A stretch of 64,000 nucleotides of DNA, from positions 37,386,001 to 37,450,000 of the forward strand of contig NC_135759.1 of NCBI RefSeq assembly GCF_052425735.1. The letters run 5' to 3'. The translations under genes were made by a program, and so were the position numbers. Source of the stretch: Oculina patagonica (taxonomy: Eukaryota). Positions 37,702 through 51,197 of this stretch are shown one piece after another. The notes under the pieces were generated by a model. It did no database searches. It was not told the DNA's origin and worked only from the letters and a program-made list of their open reading frames with translations. The stretch's first letter is position 1. Each line of letters begins with the position of its first letter.

Positions 37702-40700
37702 AATTTTGATGCAAACAGGGTATAATTGTACAAACAGATGTCAGAGGGATTTGTCATTTGTACAGAAACTGTAAAGTTGATAGATTATAGGAAACATCTT
37801 GTTGATAGCCTGTAACTAGTAGTTAGAATTCTGCACTGTATATTGTTTTAAAGTTTAGACTCGTTAGTTTGTCAAATTGTTAGAAAACCAATCTCTTTTT
37901 AGGTACTAAGTTATTTAGGCGTTTATTGTATTTGCTAAAATGTGCTTCCATTAAAAAATTAAAAAATAATAAAAATAATAATAAAATACTTATCAATAAG
38001 TAAGTAAATAAGTCCGAAATGTTAGAATATGGTTCTGGTCATGTTATCATATGAGATTGCCTTTCCTTCTTTAGAAATAATGTGGATTAAACCAAGATTA
38101 TATAGTTTTGGATTAAAAAGAGATTTTCCATATGTAGAATGCAAACCGTTTCTCGATTAATCACCGTGTACCGAATAACCGCCGGGTCTTCAAGGTGGAG
38201 TTGAAAAAAAGCCACTCGGGTACTTATTTGAGGTATAATAAACTGTAGGTATTTATTAGACGGATACATTTTTGTTAAGAATAATGAATAAAAACCTTTG
38301 CTTAATGAACACCCAGTTACAAAAAAAACTGCAGGATCTGTCTTGTACTAACTGATTTACATTTAAATTAAAATTACCAGCATAAAGCTCATTGGTTAGT
38401 AACTAATACCCTTAACCAAACAATTTTAAAATGTTTTCCTTTCTTTTTTTAAAAAAAAGCTAAAGAAGGGAAGAAAATAGTGCACTTCAAATAAACAAAT
38501 AGGTCAACCCGTGAAACATCTGGGGAAGAAATTCACACCTCCGATGTCACAAATTTGAGACTAAACAAACAACTATTAGTGGAACAGCGTCCATTGACGT
38601 AACAAAAAAACGTCTTATTTGGTGCATGGATGTGCATTTCTCTGCCGTTACATGGGAGTCCAGGTTACTTTTACAAGAAGAATATTATTTATTTTTAGCT
38701 TGTTTTAGACGGAGCCTTGAAAGTTTCTGCACTCCATTTCAGGTTTGTCAGTAGCTGGTTGTCAAGCTATGTTTATGGTGTTGCGAGAGCTAATAATACT
38801 AAGAGTTTTAAGTAGAACTTCTCTCACCTGTGGATGGTTTTCTGGAAGATTCTACAGAGCAAAATTTAAAAGGTCAATTAAAATACACCTAAAAGTATAT
38901 CTAAAAATTAAACACATTAAAATATATGAGTTGAAATTTAAAGCTGTTGGAAAAAAAGCTTTAAAACATTTAAACTAGATGATTGTCTTAAGTGCAGATT
39001 GTTCGCTGACCGCGTGAAAGATACATAAGTGCGCGGTATAGATCCAATCGGTGACTGAAAGTCGAAATCCACGAAATTGTTAAAACATTTATTAATAGCA
39101 ATGCAGCGACGCACGGTTCAGCTAAAGGAGTCCACTTCAACTGATCCGAACCTGGTTACCAGTGAAATATTTTGGTAAATCCAATCATACTTTCAGCATT
39201 ATTCTGGGACACTTGGCCTTCCTGCATGATAATTTCAATGTTCTAGTCGCCCCAAACTATGTCAGCACAGTGGAATAATGGTAAAATGAGACTGTTATTT
39301 GGACGTTTAGAGGTAATTAATGTTTAAAAGGACGCAAAACGCCGAGTCTCTGGAAGACCTTCTTGGTCAAAGCATCAACATGATTGCACCAAGTGATATC
39401 GTAATAAAGTTTAACACGTAGATACTTAATGAATGTTTACGTTCCAGTGAGTTCCATGCAGTGTCCAGGGCCGTAGCAAGGGGAGAAAAAACTGGGAGCC
39501 TTGACACCGCATCACCCCCCCCCCCCCTCCCCCCATTTCCCAGACATTTAAAACAATAAAAATATGCTAACAATTCCAAAAGGAAATAATTGCTGATAAA
39601 CTAAAATATTCATTTCGCCAATTATCCACTTTTGGAGCACTTTAGAGAGATTGTCTTGAAGCACACAGACAATTTAATCAGTCGCCCATTGGATAGCGAA
39701 TAGCTGAGGAAGGACGTATGCCGGCAAGACTCTGTCTAGGGATTAACGTGAAGCCGCGTTTGATTTGTTTTGGACGAGCTTGTTAAAGAGAAAAGCAAAG
39801 TCAGTGGATACCGTGACCGAGCCACAGCTGCCAAGAAAACGGTAAGCTCTTGCGCGAGGAGAAGTAGCTAGGAGACAGTGGTACACATAACTAGCTTTGT
39901 TTCTACACAACAGAGTTTTGAATTACCTTCGCCTTCTACCTCACTAAGGAGTTTTTTCGCAGGCTATTCACAATGAAGTGAGCTCTCTAGCAAGAATAGA
40001 TGTTTTCGAAATTATTTATGGCTGTTTTATGTGTTTTACAAAGAAACTCGCACTCGCCATACGCAGACATAGGTCGCATGGCTTACTGCCTAATAGTGGG
40101 CGTGGCTAAACTGATAGATTGCTACATGGAAACAAATCTTTTTCCCTTAGATATAGCCGCACCAAAAACATGTGTCTAGAAACAAATCTTGCTTATCTAA
40201 AGCAACCAGAAAATGTAGTTGAAGCTTTTCACTTTTTTATTTAAATGTTATTGAAGCTTCCAAAACAGATGTTGTTTCACATTCTCTTCAAAAGAAACAG
40301 AATGACTGGCTATGATAAATTAATGAGTGTCAGCCGCAATAATGTTAGAAACAAAGTTTCCGAGACAATGTTTCCTTGTTTAGCAGACATGAACTGAAGC
40401 AGTTCAGTCAATTATAAAAAGTGCTCTTCAGACATATCGCTTCTATTAAGGTTTTTTTCTTGAGTGCTTAAGCGACATCTTGTAACCGGTAAAAAAACGA
40501 GATTAATAGACTCTAATGAATACGTGCATTTACCTCGTTTAATTTTGTTATTAAGTCTTGGCAGAAAACGCCAACGCGTACGAGCTAAAAGAGAAAACTA
40601 AAGACCTCATTACTTTCATGAATCACCTGTTTTTATTTGCAGTATGATTTGTAGTAATATTTTAGACACAGCGTCACTTTGAGATTATCTTAGAGTTCAA

Positions 40701-41466
40701 GATTTAATTTAAATATGAATCTTAGCAATAATGACACCTGTCTGAGCGCATTATCTCTAAATTCAAGATGGCTGCCATTAGGACGCCTGAATTTACATAA
40801 CGAAGGAGACTACTGATAGTGTAATGTGTTCTTGGGAAAACCACTCACTTACAAACGGCTGCATCTCCTCTCCATCTAAACAGCCTAATACGGGCAAAAT
40901 TATTGGTACATACTGGGATTTTTATTTATTGGAGAACCTTGCACAATAATGGGGCCGAATTAAGGCAACATGCAATAATTATTGACCAGCTAGCAACTTG
41001 TGCTCTCTCGTGCATTTTACAGCTGGAGTTAATTAAAACTCGGAATGCAAAAGTCTTTAACACACCCCGAAAGTCCCCAATGCCCTTACAGTATTCGCTT
41101 CACGACATCAAAAAAGAGAGATGACACTTCGATTCGTCCCTTTGCTTGTTGGAAGGTCAAAACTGAGTGGTGAACTGGACACGAGTTAAATTCGTTCTGT
41201 TTAGTCATGGAAACGAGTCATTTGAACGTGATGACAAAACGTGACAAGAAATTACAACTCCCATCAATTAACAATATATTGTTGCGTTTGAAATAAAAAA
41301 AGCTTGTGCAAATATAAAGAAAAGGAAATGAGTTTCGCGTACTCAGCGGATGAGTATTGGACACTTCCGATGTATTTTGGCTAATGGTTATGCTTTTTAT
41401 ACGATTCACAGATCCTACGATTTTGCAAAGATCTGCATCAGATTAACAATTAAGAGTGCGTCGAAA

Positions 41467-44400
41467 ATGCCCTTTCAAGAAAGCAGAGCGAACCAAGTTA
41501 TTTGTACAGGAATATCACAGATCATCTTGGGATGTTGTGTGTTTACCTTGAGCTTCATTCTGAGTAAAAGGAGGGACGACCTTGGAGATATTTTTGAGAT
41601 CGGCGTGGAATATTGGACAGCTATTCCGGTAGGTTCTAGACCAATGGCGTCTGTTTTTTAAATAATTTCGATTTCAGGCGCGTGTCTGTGCGTGTCCACA
41701 GGTCCTAACAAAACTGTGTTTATTTCCACATCTGGATTTCTTAATAAAAAGAGCAACAATTTTGTTTTCTTTTTAATTTTGGAACATTTCAAAACAAGTT
41801 TATTTTTCTCAATGACAGCTGCGCGGTTATATTTATATCGGAAAAAAATGTATTTTTAATTTGAAGCGTACTAAGTCAATGTGACTTTCATTTCATTTTA
41901 ATGTTCCCTCTAAAATCCCTTACTAAAACGTTTGGGTGAGTCTGAAAGAACATGGCTCAGAAACGTGTAGACACGTATTTTAAAAGCAACTTTTTTAATA
42001 CAACAAAGTCATGGGATAAATTGAGCTGATCGATCGCCGTTTAACGCGCGTAATATTTCTCCGCTCTGTTCGCCACGGTTACTAACTTTCTTCAGTTTGT
42101 TTTAAAAGCCGTTAGAGTCTCTGATGCTGTACTAATTTTCACGCTTCTGTTCCAGCCGTAAAGTTGACAAATCTGGGTTGAAAGTATTGATGGATAATTC
42201 ATTTTACAGTTATTTTTCTATCAATTTTCGATTTGAGCGATTTCATTTCGGCTTTCAAGTTCATCAAGTTACATACTGAGGTTTATTCATTATTAATTTA
42301 TCTCCAATTTTTAAACACCTTGTATTCAAAACTAGTGACTCCGTCCTTCCAGCCATAAAAAAGCTACTTTTTTTTCATTGGGCGGAATTGATTGTATACT
42401 GTATTTTTCATATCGATTTAACTTTTAAACACTGTTTTCATTTTTTATGCTCACATGTCGTTAATTCCCTTACAGCTTAATTCACCAAGATCACAAAGCT
42501 TTATTTGAAACGTACGGCGTTTACAGCTGAATTCTTTTTTCTCACTAACTTCGGCTTTCGATCATGTCTTTGATGCCTTTGTTCCTGAGCAATTTTGTTT
42601 ATTTCATTTTTTTATAGCAGCTTGTCGAGTTTCGTCTAGGTTCATTTATTAACAATTGCAAACAATGATTCTAAAAGGGTTAAATCCGAATTTATTATGT
42701 TTTAAAAAGCGGCAGTTAGAACTGCTTTCTAGCAAGGCCACAACAAATCTGTTCTTAATTGCCAGCTAAGAAAAAATAGTGACTTTTTTGTTAAAACTCA
42801 AAACCATGAAAGAAGGCAAAAGTCCGCAGGCGCCTTGAGAGTAATATCTTGCATATTGAAAAGAAACATTTATGCAAAGCACGGCGTGAAATTGAACATC
42901 GCAGAGGACAAATACACCTCTAAGCAAACACATTAGTGTCTGTGAGTAGATAATGGATTTGAAACTGAATAAATTACCACAGCTTCGAATGATTGACTGA
43001 TTCCATTTTTTTGCTCTCTGCATTAATTGTTATCAAATAAACCCAAGTCTATGTATTCATTCAGTTAGAGACTTGTACTTAGAAATATTAAAGAAGTACC
43101 GGCAGAAAATGTTTCTTGCTTTGATTCGTCTGTTCCGCCGATTTATTTCGTAGAAAAGCGTTAAAAGCACGGTTGGAAAGCAGAAGTTCATTTTTCAGGA
43201 AACGATATAAAAAAAATTGTTTACACAAAGAGAGAGTTTTAATACATCAGGAGAACAAAAACATTGCGCAATTATAGAAGTATATTCCAAGAGCAGAAAA
43301 ACTGACCATACAAATTTCTGTGCTATTCAGCTTTACAAAACAAGTAAAAATTAAAAAAAAAAAACTGTCTACATTGCACGAACCTTAAGGCGAGCTCAGT
43401 AGAATATTAAAATATCTCAGGTATACGTAGTGTAAATACTTAATTGTCCAAACAAATCATAACATTAAAGATTATTAATTGGCCATGAACCCCCAGGGCT
43501 GACAAAATAACACAGCTCTGATTGGTCTTCAGAGCTTGAACATGTCTAAAAATATCCTTAGATCGCATTCAGTCTAAATGTCAAAAATCTATGGAAATAG
43601 TCGAAAGATGTCGGTTGTCGTTGCGCTTTTTCCACTGTATCTTTATCGAAGATATTAGTATATCCACGTATTGTCAGATGTTTTATTTAGCCACTGGATG
43701 CTAATCATTGTTGTCAAACGCACATGTTCTCGACCAATAAGATTTGAATAACTTTGACAGTCATATGAATGTCGTCATGAAAATATCTTCGGCTCTTTCT
43801 GTTTTTGACTGCTGGTCAAGGAAAACAAAGGCTCTGATGGTAAATACAGTGTTTATGCTGAAAAACGTCTATTTGTTCAGTGAGGGTCCCCAATAGGGTT
43901 TTTGGATCCCGCCATTCCGGCTAAAATTTTTCCTCAATCCCGCAATCTCGAAGGTTTTTATCGGCTTATCCCGATCCCGACCATTTATTGTTTCTTAATC
44001 AGTGGGTGTTACTGTGTATTCCCTCCAAGCACTGGTCTTGAAGTCTTTGGTCATTGACAATTAATGAGCTGATTTCTTTATTTCGGAGTAACTGGCAAGT
44101 GGAAAACACGGGTAACTTGTGTAAGTCAAAATAAACGCTTTGTGCGGCTTTTTGCAATGTTCACGAAGATTGCAACTTGATTTTTTATACAAGTACATCA
44201 TTTTTTTTGTCACTGGACTTTTCTGATCTCGTTTCTTTTAAGTGGCATTTCCCGAATCCCAAATCGTAAAATCGCCAATTCACGTGTCTCGTTGATAATT
44301 TCAATCCCGAATCTCACTCCCTTTTCCATCTAAAATCCCGGATCTTAGACTTGCTACAAGTCGATTCTTTTGAGCGACGAATTTCGAAGTCGCGATAGCG

Positions 44401-47397
44401 AGTGACGAAGACGCGAGACCTTCGAATAAGCCAAACCCCGGATCCCGAAAACCTATTGGGGACCCTCTTCAGTGTTGTTATGAGAGAAAACTGTAACTAT
44501 TGAGCTGGAGCGAGCCCCTAAAATTCGTGATATTTCAGCGCTTGACGCTCAAAGGTCCTCAAAGCATTGTTGAGTTCCTCTTAGGATAACTCACAAACTT
44601 ATTTTAGGGATAAGGGATAAATGTTTAAATAATTATAGGGATAAGGTATAACAAGTCAACTTTAGGGATAATAAAATTGAAACTTCTTTGATTGGTTCAG
44701 ACTCAGTATTACTACCCATGTTGATTGGCTGAGTAAAAAAATAAGAAGCTAGTTCAGTGTTGGCTCAGTGCTATAAACAAAACACGCTTCTCAGAACAAT
44801 TCTCACGTGTTGAGTGAGTTCAATTTCTTTTCTTGATTTTCCGATGTTGAATACTAAACAGGACAAATTATTTCAGATCGTCATCGCTGGAGTCCTAGGA
44901 ATAACAGGAGGGTTTACTGGGAAATTTACCGTGGTAAGATCTGGTAAAAACTATTCTTGTTGTTATTGTTTGTTGTAAGATAGCTCTAAAGCTCTAACTT
45001 AACTCATCATGCTAGTAAACTCAACAGTAAATCTTAGTTGACATGTTCAAAGTCAACTCACTTGGCCGCATAACTGTGGGACGACCCACAAAAGTCAGGG
45101 ACTCCTTAGAGGGGGTCCCCACAAGTTCATATTATAACAACTTGTTTTTTTTGTTGTTGTTCACTTTCAAATTACATAATTCACTGCAGGAAATATTCTA
45201 CTCGTAATAGTCCTTCCTTCCTAAAGCATGATTGCTAATACGAATATACAACAAACATCCAGCACCATTGACCATTGCGTTCTCCGATTTAAACCATCAC
45301 CCAAGGAATTAGGAGTCCTTTGTGCCTCGTCCCCAGGCGTCCTCGTCTTTGGTCGTGCCGTTTCTTTTTGTTTTTGGGTGTTTTTTTTTTTGGTTGGGGG
45401 GGGAAAAAACCATCACCCCCCCCCCCCCCCTTTTCCCCCCCCCCCCCCCCCACCCCCCCCCCCCCGCCGGGGGGGGGGGGGGAGCCCCACTGCCAACAAA
45501 GTCGGGGCGTCGATTATCCTGCCTCGTCCCCAGGCGTCCTCTTCTTGTGTTTTTTTTTTTGGCTTGGGCCGGGGGGGGGGGCGGGCCCGCCCCCCCCCCC
45601 CCCCCCCCCACCCCCCCCCCCCCCCCCCTTCCCCCCCCCCCCCCCCCCCCGCGCGGGGGGGAAATTATCTTTGTCAACATTTCCTGTTACGACTATTTAA
45701 AATGGCCACAGTTTTGTAAAGCAAAAGAAACACCATTTTTAAAAGAGAAACTTCTTTCTTTGATACTTTTGTCACCAGACAGGACTTTTCTTCGCTTCTT
45801 CCTTTATCTCGTGTGTCCTTGGAGGAATCGTGGCCGCGTACGTGGGAATCGCGCTGACTGCGTGGAGATCCGTGGGTGAATGTGAACACGGTGAGAGCTA
45901 GCTTAAAGCAGTAGTTTTGTTCTAAGTGTAGACACTCCTTATCGATAGTACCGTATTTACTCGAATAAGCGCTTATTAAAGTTTTCACGCCTCAAGTGCG
46001 GCGCTTATTTAAAATTTCGACGCCACAAAGAATCTAATCTTTTACAGTAATTGAAAATAGCGCGTTTTGATTGTCAGTATTCATCTTTTGATGATGACTA
46101 GCTGTCCTGGCACAGTTCGCGGCCTTCACAACATTTACAGAACTACGTATTGTAGGATGTTGGATAGAAAACTAATGGGCGAGTGGTAAAACAATTACTT
46201 TGAACTGCAAAACATCGCTTTTTTACGGAAAGAAATGTCCAAGTTTGTGTAAGAGTTGCTTTGTAGTGCTGCTTTAGTTAAACGCAATTCCTAGAATAAG
46301 CGCTGCATCGGGACTGCGTCGGTTATAAACTTTTTTGTCGCAAATGCAGCGCTTATTCGAGGGGGGGTTATGGGGGCGGCGATTATTCGAGTAAATACGG
46401 TAGTCGCCGATTTAATTCTGATATGGTTACAAGCATTATTTTTACTAAGTCCGTTCTTCGTCTCTCGTCTCGTCTCGTCTTGTCTTATGTAAATTTGTAT
46501 ACCTAAATAGAGTTTTCTGCAAGAAGCAGTGTGTATTGTAATGAGTGGTGACCCCAATGTACATGTATTTGTGTAATTGCCAGTGTATGAGAAACATGCC
46601 TGAGAAATAATTAAAGATAGAATTATGGCTTAAAGCTGACCATTGTCAATATTTATGCCTGCATGATGTTTTGACTTTCAGTGCACTGTCCATACGATTT
46701 AGAATCTATCCTGATGATCGCCTTGATAAGCATATTGATTCTGGAAGCGGCCATCTCGCTATCTGGTGTGATAGAGTCGTCACAGTTGCTTTGTTGTGCT
46801 GTTTCGGTAAGTTTCTATATGTTTAAGTATTGCCCCAAAGAAGACTGACTGATGTTCTAAGAATAACACGAAACCACCGACGCACAGAGTTCCAAAAGTT
46901 GTAAATTTGAGCTATACACCATACTGTCACACGTCACAATGTACTGTTAGATAGAGCCAACCTCGTTCCCACGGCTTTTTCTTATATATTGTACGCCTTG
47001 GGTACGACATGTAATTGGTAAAAAGCCACCCTCCCCAGCCCTCCTAAGCATCCACTTCTCCTCCACCACCTTACCTCCCTCACCCCCCCCCCCCTTCACC
47101 ACCCTCCATCTTTCGGACTAAAAGCAGTAGCTTCATACTGCTAGCCTATAGCTAGCCAAAACTTCAGTACTCTTTCTCTGTGTACAGGGCGGTGATCACG
47201 TCTCCATCGTATCCTTGGGAAACTCGTCTCGTATGGAAAGAAAACCCATGTTAAGATCGGAAAGGATCAACCGAAAATGTCAATCAAAGAACAACGATCT
47301 ATATTCTACAGACTACGACACTTCAAAGACACGGGAGTATGGGTTCGGGAACAGCAGACAAAGCTACAGGATCAGTGAAATAGGGACCATAGTGTGA
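41467..47397 (+). CDS. MS4A/CD20-like four-pass membrane protein, 221 aa, 5 exons
   Basis: Exons are 41467-41628, 44877-44933, 45779-45890, 46682-46806 and 47188-47397, all in phase with GT-AG. There are four hydrophobic segments with MS4A-like motifs (GISQIILG; YWTAIPIVIAGVLGI; LILEAAISL...LLCC) and a Cys pair in the loop before TM4. Confidence 0.8.
43882..44467. mobile_element. MITE with 6-bp TSD
   Basis: TIR GAGGGTCCCCAATAGG, TSD TTCAGT and internal ATCCCG repeats. Confidence 0.8.
45951..46400. mobile_element. Tc1/mariner-pogo-like MITE
   Basis: TIR CCGTATTTACTCGAATAA with TA TSD. Confidence 0.85.
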
Positions 47398-48646
47398 TCG
47401 GCGAGAAGTGAAGAGTTTGAAACATATGTTCATAGCAAAGTACTGAACTTTGGCATACTTTGTGTTAAAACTCGTGATCAAAGAGTCAAGGATACAGTGT
47501 ACGGATGCAGCGAGTAAAACACTGTGCGCCGATTATTTAAACAAAGATTATCTCAAGTAAGTAGCGAAGACATGACGAGAAAGACCGAGATGTAATGCGT
47601 ATATAGTAACATCAGTCAATAGACGCAGGAATAGGCGCCGTATTGGCCGTTTACCCTCAGAAAGAAGAGCCGCAACGTAGAGAGAAAGGCCTTGGAGTAC
47701 AACTCTCGATAGACGAGAAAAGAAGGTCGACCTAGACACAACTGAAGGCAGTTCATGCTGCAGGAGTTGAAAGGAGTGGGCCAAAAACTGAATTGAATTG
47801 TTTTACATAACCATCTTTTTTAAGTAAGGAAACTTTTTCCACGATCAAGTGGAAGCAGTTGTATTACCATAACTGATCAGCCGCAGATGGTAATAGTACC
47901 GTATCTAAATAAAGATTTGTTTCCGTGTATACCTAATTGGTAAAACAAGTGTGACTGCCTAGCTAAGACCAGATGGTCATTTGGATGGAAGGAGAAAAAT
48001 AAAACAGTTTATTTTTTACTTTTGTAATGAAGTACTAAAAATATGAAGAAACTCTTAAATGACAAAACTTCGTACTTTTAATTTTATTCTACAAATTTGA
48101 CATTTAATAAGCATCGAAAAGTAAAGCACGTGTGACCACGCCCAATGTCAAGGCAGACTTTGTTGGAGACTTTTCAAAAAACTCTTTTATACAACATCGA
48201 GCTTAGAATTATTCGAGCAGCTCAATTTGCTGTCTTTCTTTCATGTGAACACTGAAACTGACTTGTATTACTAAGTAGATACTCCTTCGAAGTTTTAATA
48301 TACTTCTCCTCTTTTCCAAGAGCCGTTCGAAACTAGCACCCATTTTTATGCAAACGAGGTATCTGTAGTGTTTGATATACCCCGCTGTAGTCTCTGACCA
48401 GGTGGTGGTATGTGACTCTCCTGTATCGAGTTTTTCTGTGCTGCTATGATAAATGGCAAGTTTCGTTGTTGATATAGCTGCCTGTAATGTCTGTTGTGTT
48501 CGGGATGTTTATTGTTTGAAGCTTGTCTGTGATTGGGCGGAACTCGCAAATTGCCATGATAGTTGTAATAGTTAGGTTGCCGGTGGCTCTGTTGTGGTTG
48601 AGCATTAATTGCGTGATTCGTTTTAGCTTGATCACTACCTTTTTTA

Positions 48647-48850
48647 GCTTGTTGGGGTGGATGCCGGCCATCTGTTTTTTTTGGTTGCGTGGTTCGTTGG
48701 AGGTCGTTTACAAGCTATTTTAGCTTGCTGAGGTGGATGCCGGCCATCTGTTCTCTCTGGCCTTGCGTGATTCGCTGGAGGTCGTTTACAAGCTTCAGCT
48801 TGTTGCGGTGGAGGCCGGCCATCTGATCTCTTTGGCCTTGGTGGCGATTC
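48647..48850. repeat. About 2.6 tandem copies of a roughly 75-bp unit
   Basis: The unit GCTTG..G.GGTGGATGCCGGCCATCTG...GGAGGTCGTTTACAA is repeated. Confidence 0.8.
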
Positions 48851-48939
48851 TGGATCGCGACGTCCGTCAAATGTTGGGTTGTTTGCCTCCTTTGAAAATC
48901 AAGGATTAAAGAATTTTAAAAGTAATGATGGCTGTTTAA

Positions 48940-49629
48940 AGGGACAGTATCATCAAGATTTAGCGCAATAGGCCTTATTGTCTCGGATGGATGGAACTAG
49001 GCCACAAGTCGATTCCAAGTGCCCGACCAAAGTGCCAGCTCCACCAAGGGGTGCTCAGTGCCCGCCACAAAGAAGGGGCACACGAACTTGATGACGATGA
49101 GGAGACCGCCCGGGGATGCGGGAAGAGAGCCGAGGGGGGAGGGAAAGGGGAGAGGGAACGAAAGGCAGGCCGAGGGAGCGGGGAGGAGGCGCGGGGATCA
49201 TAAAACGCTCAAGTCATGCATGAAAAGAACCCGCAGAGCCTCCATTGCAAGCAGTTCCAGTCCAATACCGAGAATACGAATAAGGCCTATTTGAAAAACC
49301 CATGAAGGTGTTGGTATGAATTGTAAATCAACTCATATGCCTGGCCTTGTTAAAACGTCCTTTGCTAGTCCTGGAAGTTGTTAAAACGTGGTTTGGGCAC
49401 ATATTGGTAGAAAAGAAGTAGCGTAAAACTTGAAAACGTTTGACAGTTTTACTTAGAAAAAAATTTTTTAAAATCCATTGATCGCGGTTTATTTACATCT
49501 TGGAGAATGATTTCATGCCCTTCTTTTGTTGTTCTATAAAGGTTATGTTGCTAAACAGTGAGTGCACCCTCGTAATACAGGAATATCTTACACGAAAACT
49601 TAGAAGATTTCTCACGTGACACTGTCCCT
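48940..49629. mobile_element. Kolobok-like MITE with a nested element (48967-49291)
   Basis: The outer element is TTAA|AGGGACAGT...ACTGTCCCT. The inner TIR is AATAGGCCTTATT / AATAAGGCCTATT. Confidence 0.65.
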
Positions 49630-50037
49630 TTTTGAGCATGCAATCTACTTTTACATTATTTTAATAAACTATTGTTTAATACAGAGTAGAGTGAATAGTG
49701 TACTATGGAATGTCCAAATAAATAAATCTAGCTAGAGATAAACCAAAAACCTTGAAGGTATTTTATGGGCAAAAATTTGAAAGATCGAGAAAAATTCACC
49801 ATACACTTCAGTATCAGTATTATTTAGATTATGATCTTGCCATAATAAGTTAAAACCTTACACTCTAATTCTTGAAAAATGTAATTAGCGTAATGTTGTT
49901 TATTTGATTTAACAGAAGTCCTCTAGAATTTGAAGAATTAAACAGTTTAAAAGTTTAAGAGTCTCTGTTGCTGTTCGAAAAAACTTCCTGCGGCATGCCT
50001 TGAATTACATTTAGGTTTACCTCGTGCGTACTGCCCT

Positions 50038-50188
50038 CCCCAGTTGTTCAAAAGATGAATAACGCTATCCACCAGATAAAATCACTATCCGGTGGATAGC
50101 GCAGTGTACTTCAGTTTGCTAACACGTGTCTACTGGATAGCAACTTATCCGGTGGATAGCGTTATGTACCCTTTGAACAACTGGGCCC
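50038..50188. mobile_element. Short MITE (related degenerate copy at about 33880-33961)
   Basis: CCCAGTTGTTCAAA...TTTGAACAACTGGG with internal TATCCGGTGGATAG repeats. Confidence 0.7.
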
Positions 50189-50919
50189 TGATTGGTTTAT
50201 TATGCAACACTGCACGGCTGTTGTGATTAGGTAGTTTTAAATGATTGTTAGTAAAACGTAACCAAAGTAATTACCGTCTTGCCAATCACAAAAAGAAAAG
50301 AAAATCGCAAATAACGGAATAAACCAATCAAAAATCGAAGCAAAAACATTTGACTAGTGCCAAAGGCGGGAAACACTCGTCTGCCGCCAGTGTCACGCCA
50401 CATAATTCCTGATCCCTGATTGGTTGAAAATTCAGCATGTTCGCTCATTGGTTAGCGCACGGTGCAAGACTTTTCTTAATCAATCAGAGATAAGTAAACG
50501 CAAAACTATCTTACCTGCACCTCGTTGACGTTATATCCAGACATACGCCTGATGACGACATGAGATAGAATTCCCAAGGGAGCTAGAGTGATTGCCAAGA
50601 CTGACAGCGCTGACATAGCAATAGTCGCCGCATATCTGTGACAAAAAACTGAAAAAGAAAACGACTGAACATGTAACTAGCTTTCCTGCTATATCGTTAT
50701 CTATCATTTATCATTATCTGTTTAACAGATTTTCTTTGGCTGCAACAGGCTGTAAGCTTGTGTAGCGGTCGATGTTCGTTGGCAGTCGCATGTTCGTTGC
50801 TAGCGGGAAAGGGTTGAATTTCTACTGTCGAACGATAGAAGTTAAATTTTCTTCTCTTTTTTCTTTTTTTTATCAGTATTATTATTCGCGGTGTAGAGAA
50901 AACACGAAGGAGGAGTTCG

Positions 50920-51197
50920 GAGGAGGCAGCGTGACCGTGGTTTAGGGATTAGTGTTGTAATTCGAAGGTCCTGGGTTCGATCTCTCCACCCTACCACTAG
51001 TTGGATTTGTTTTTGGTAGTCCCCAGCTCAAATCCTCGGTCACGCTTTGAATACAGCCAACTGGTCTGCCACTTAGGATTTTTAACCATGTAATGTTCAT
51101 TAAAAATATTTCTTTCCTCTGTTTCAGTGGCATGCCTGTAAACCGGCTATCTCGAAGCTAAGTAAATGACTACTATAAAACAACATTTACATTTTTT
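50920..51197 (+). mobile_element. tRNA-derived SINE related to 30918-31165
   Basis: B box GGTTCGATCT, the shared body ACCACTAG.TGG..TTGTT.TTGGTAG..CC, and an ACATTT tail. Confidence 0.7.

Noticed and set aside
45228-45879. Poly-Pro/poly-Gly ORFs over two roughly 200-bp C/G-homopolymer blocks
   Set aside because: These are duplicated, homopolymer-inflated sequence inside an MS4A intron and most likely low-quality consensus. The real exon is 45779-45890 in another frame.
48647-48850. CRISPR-like repeat array
   Set aside because: The whole unit is repeated with no unique spacers, the context is eukaryotic and there are no cas genes.
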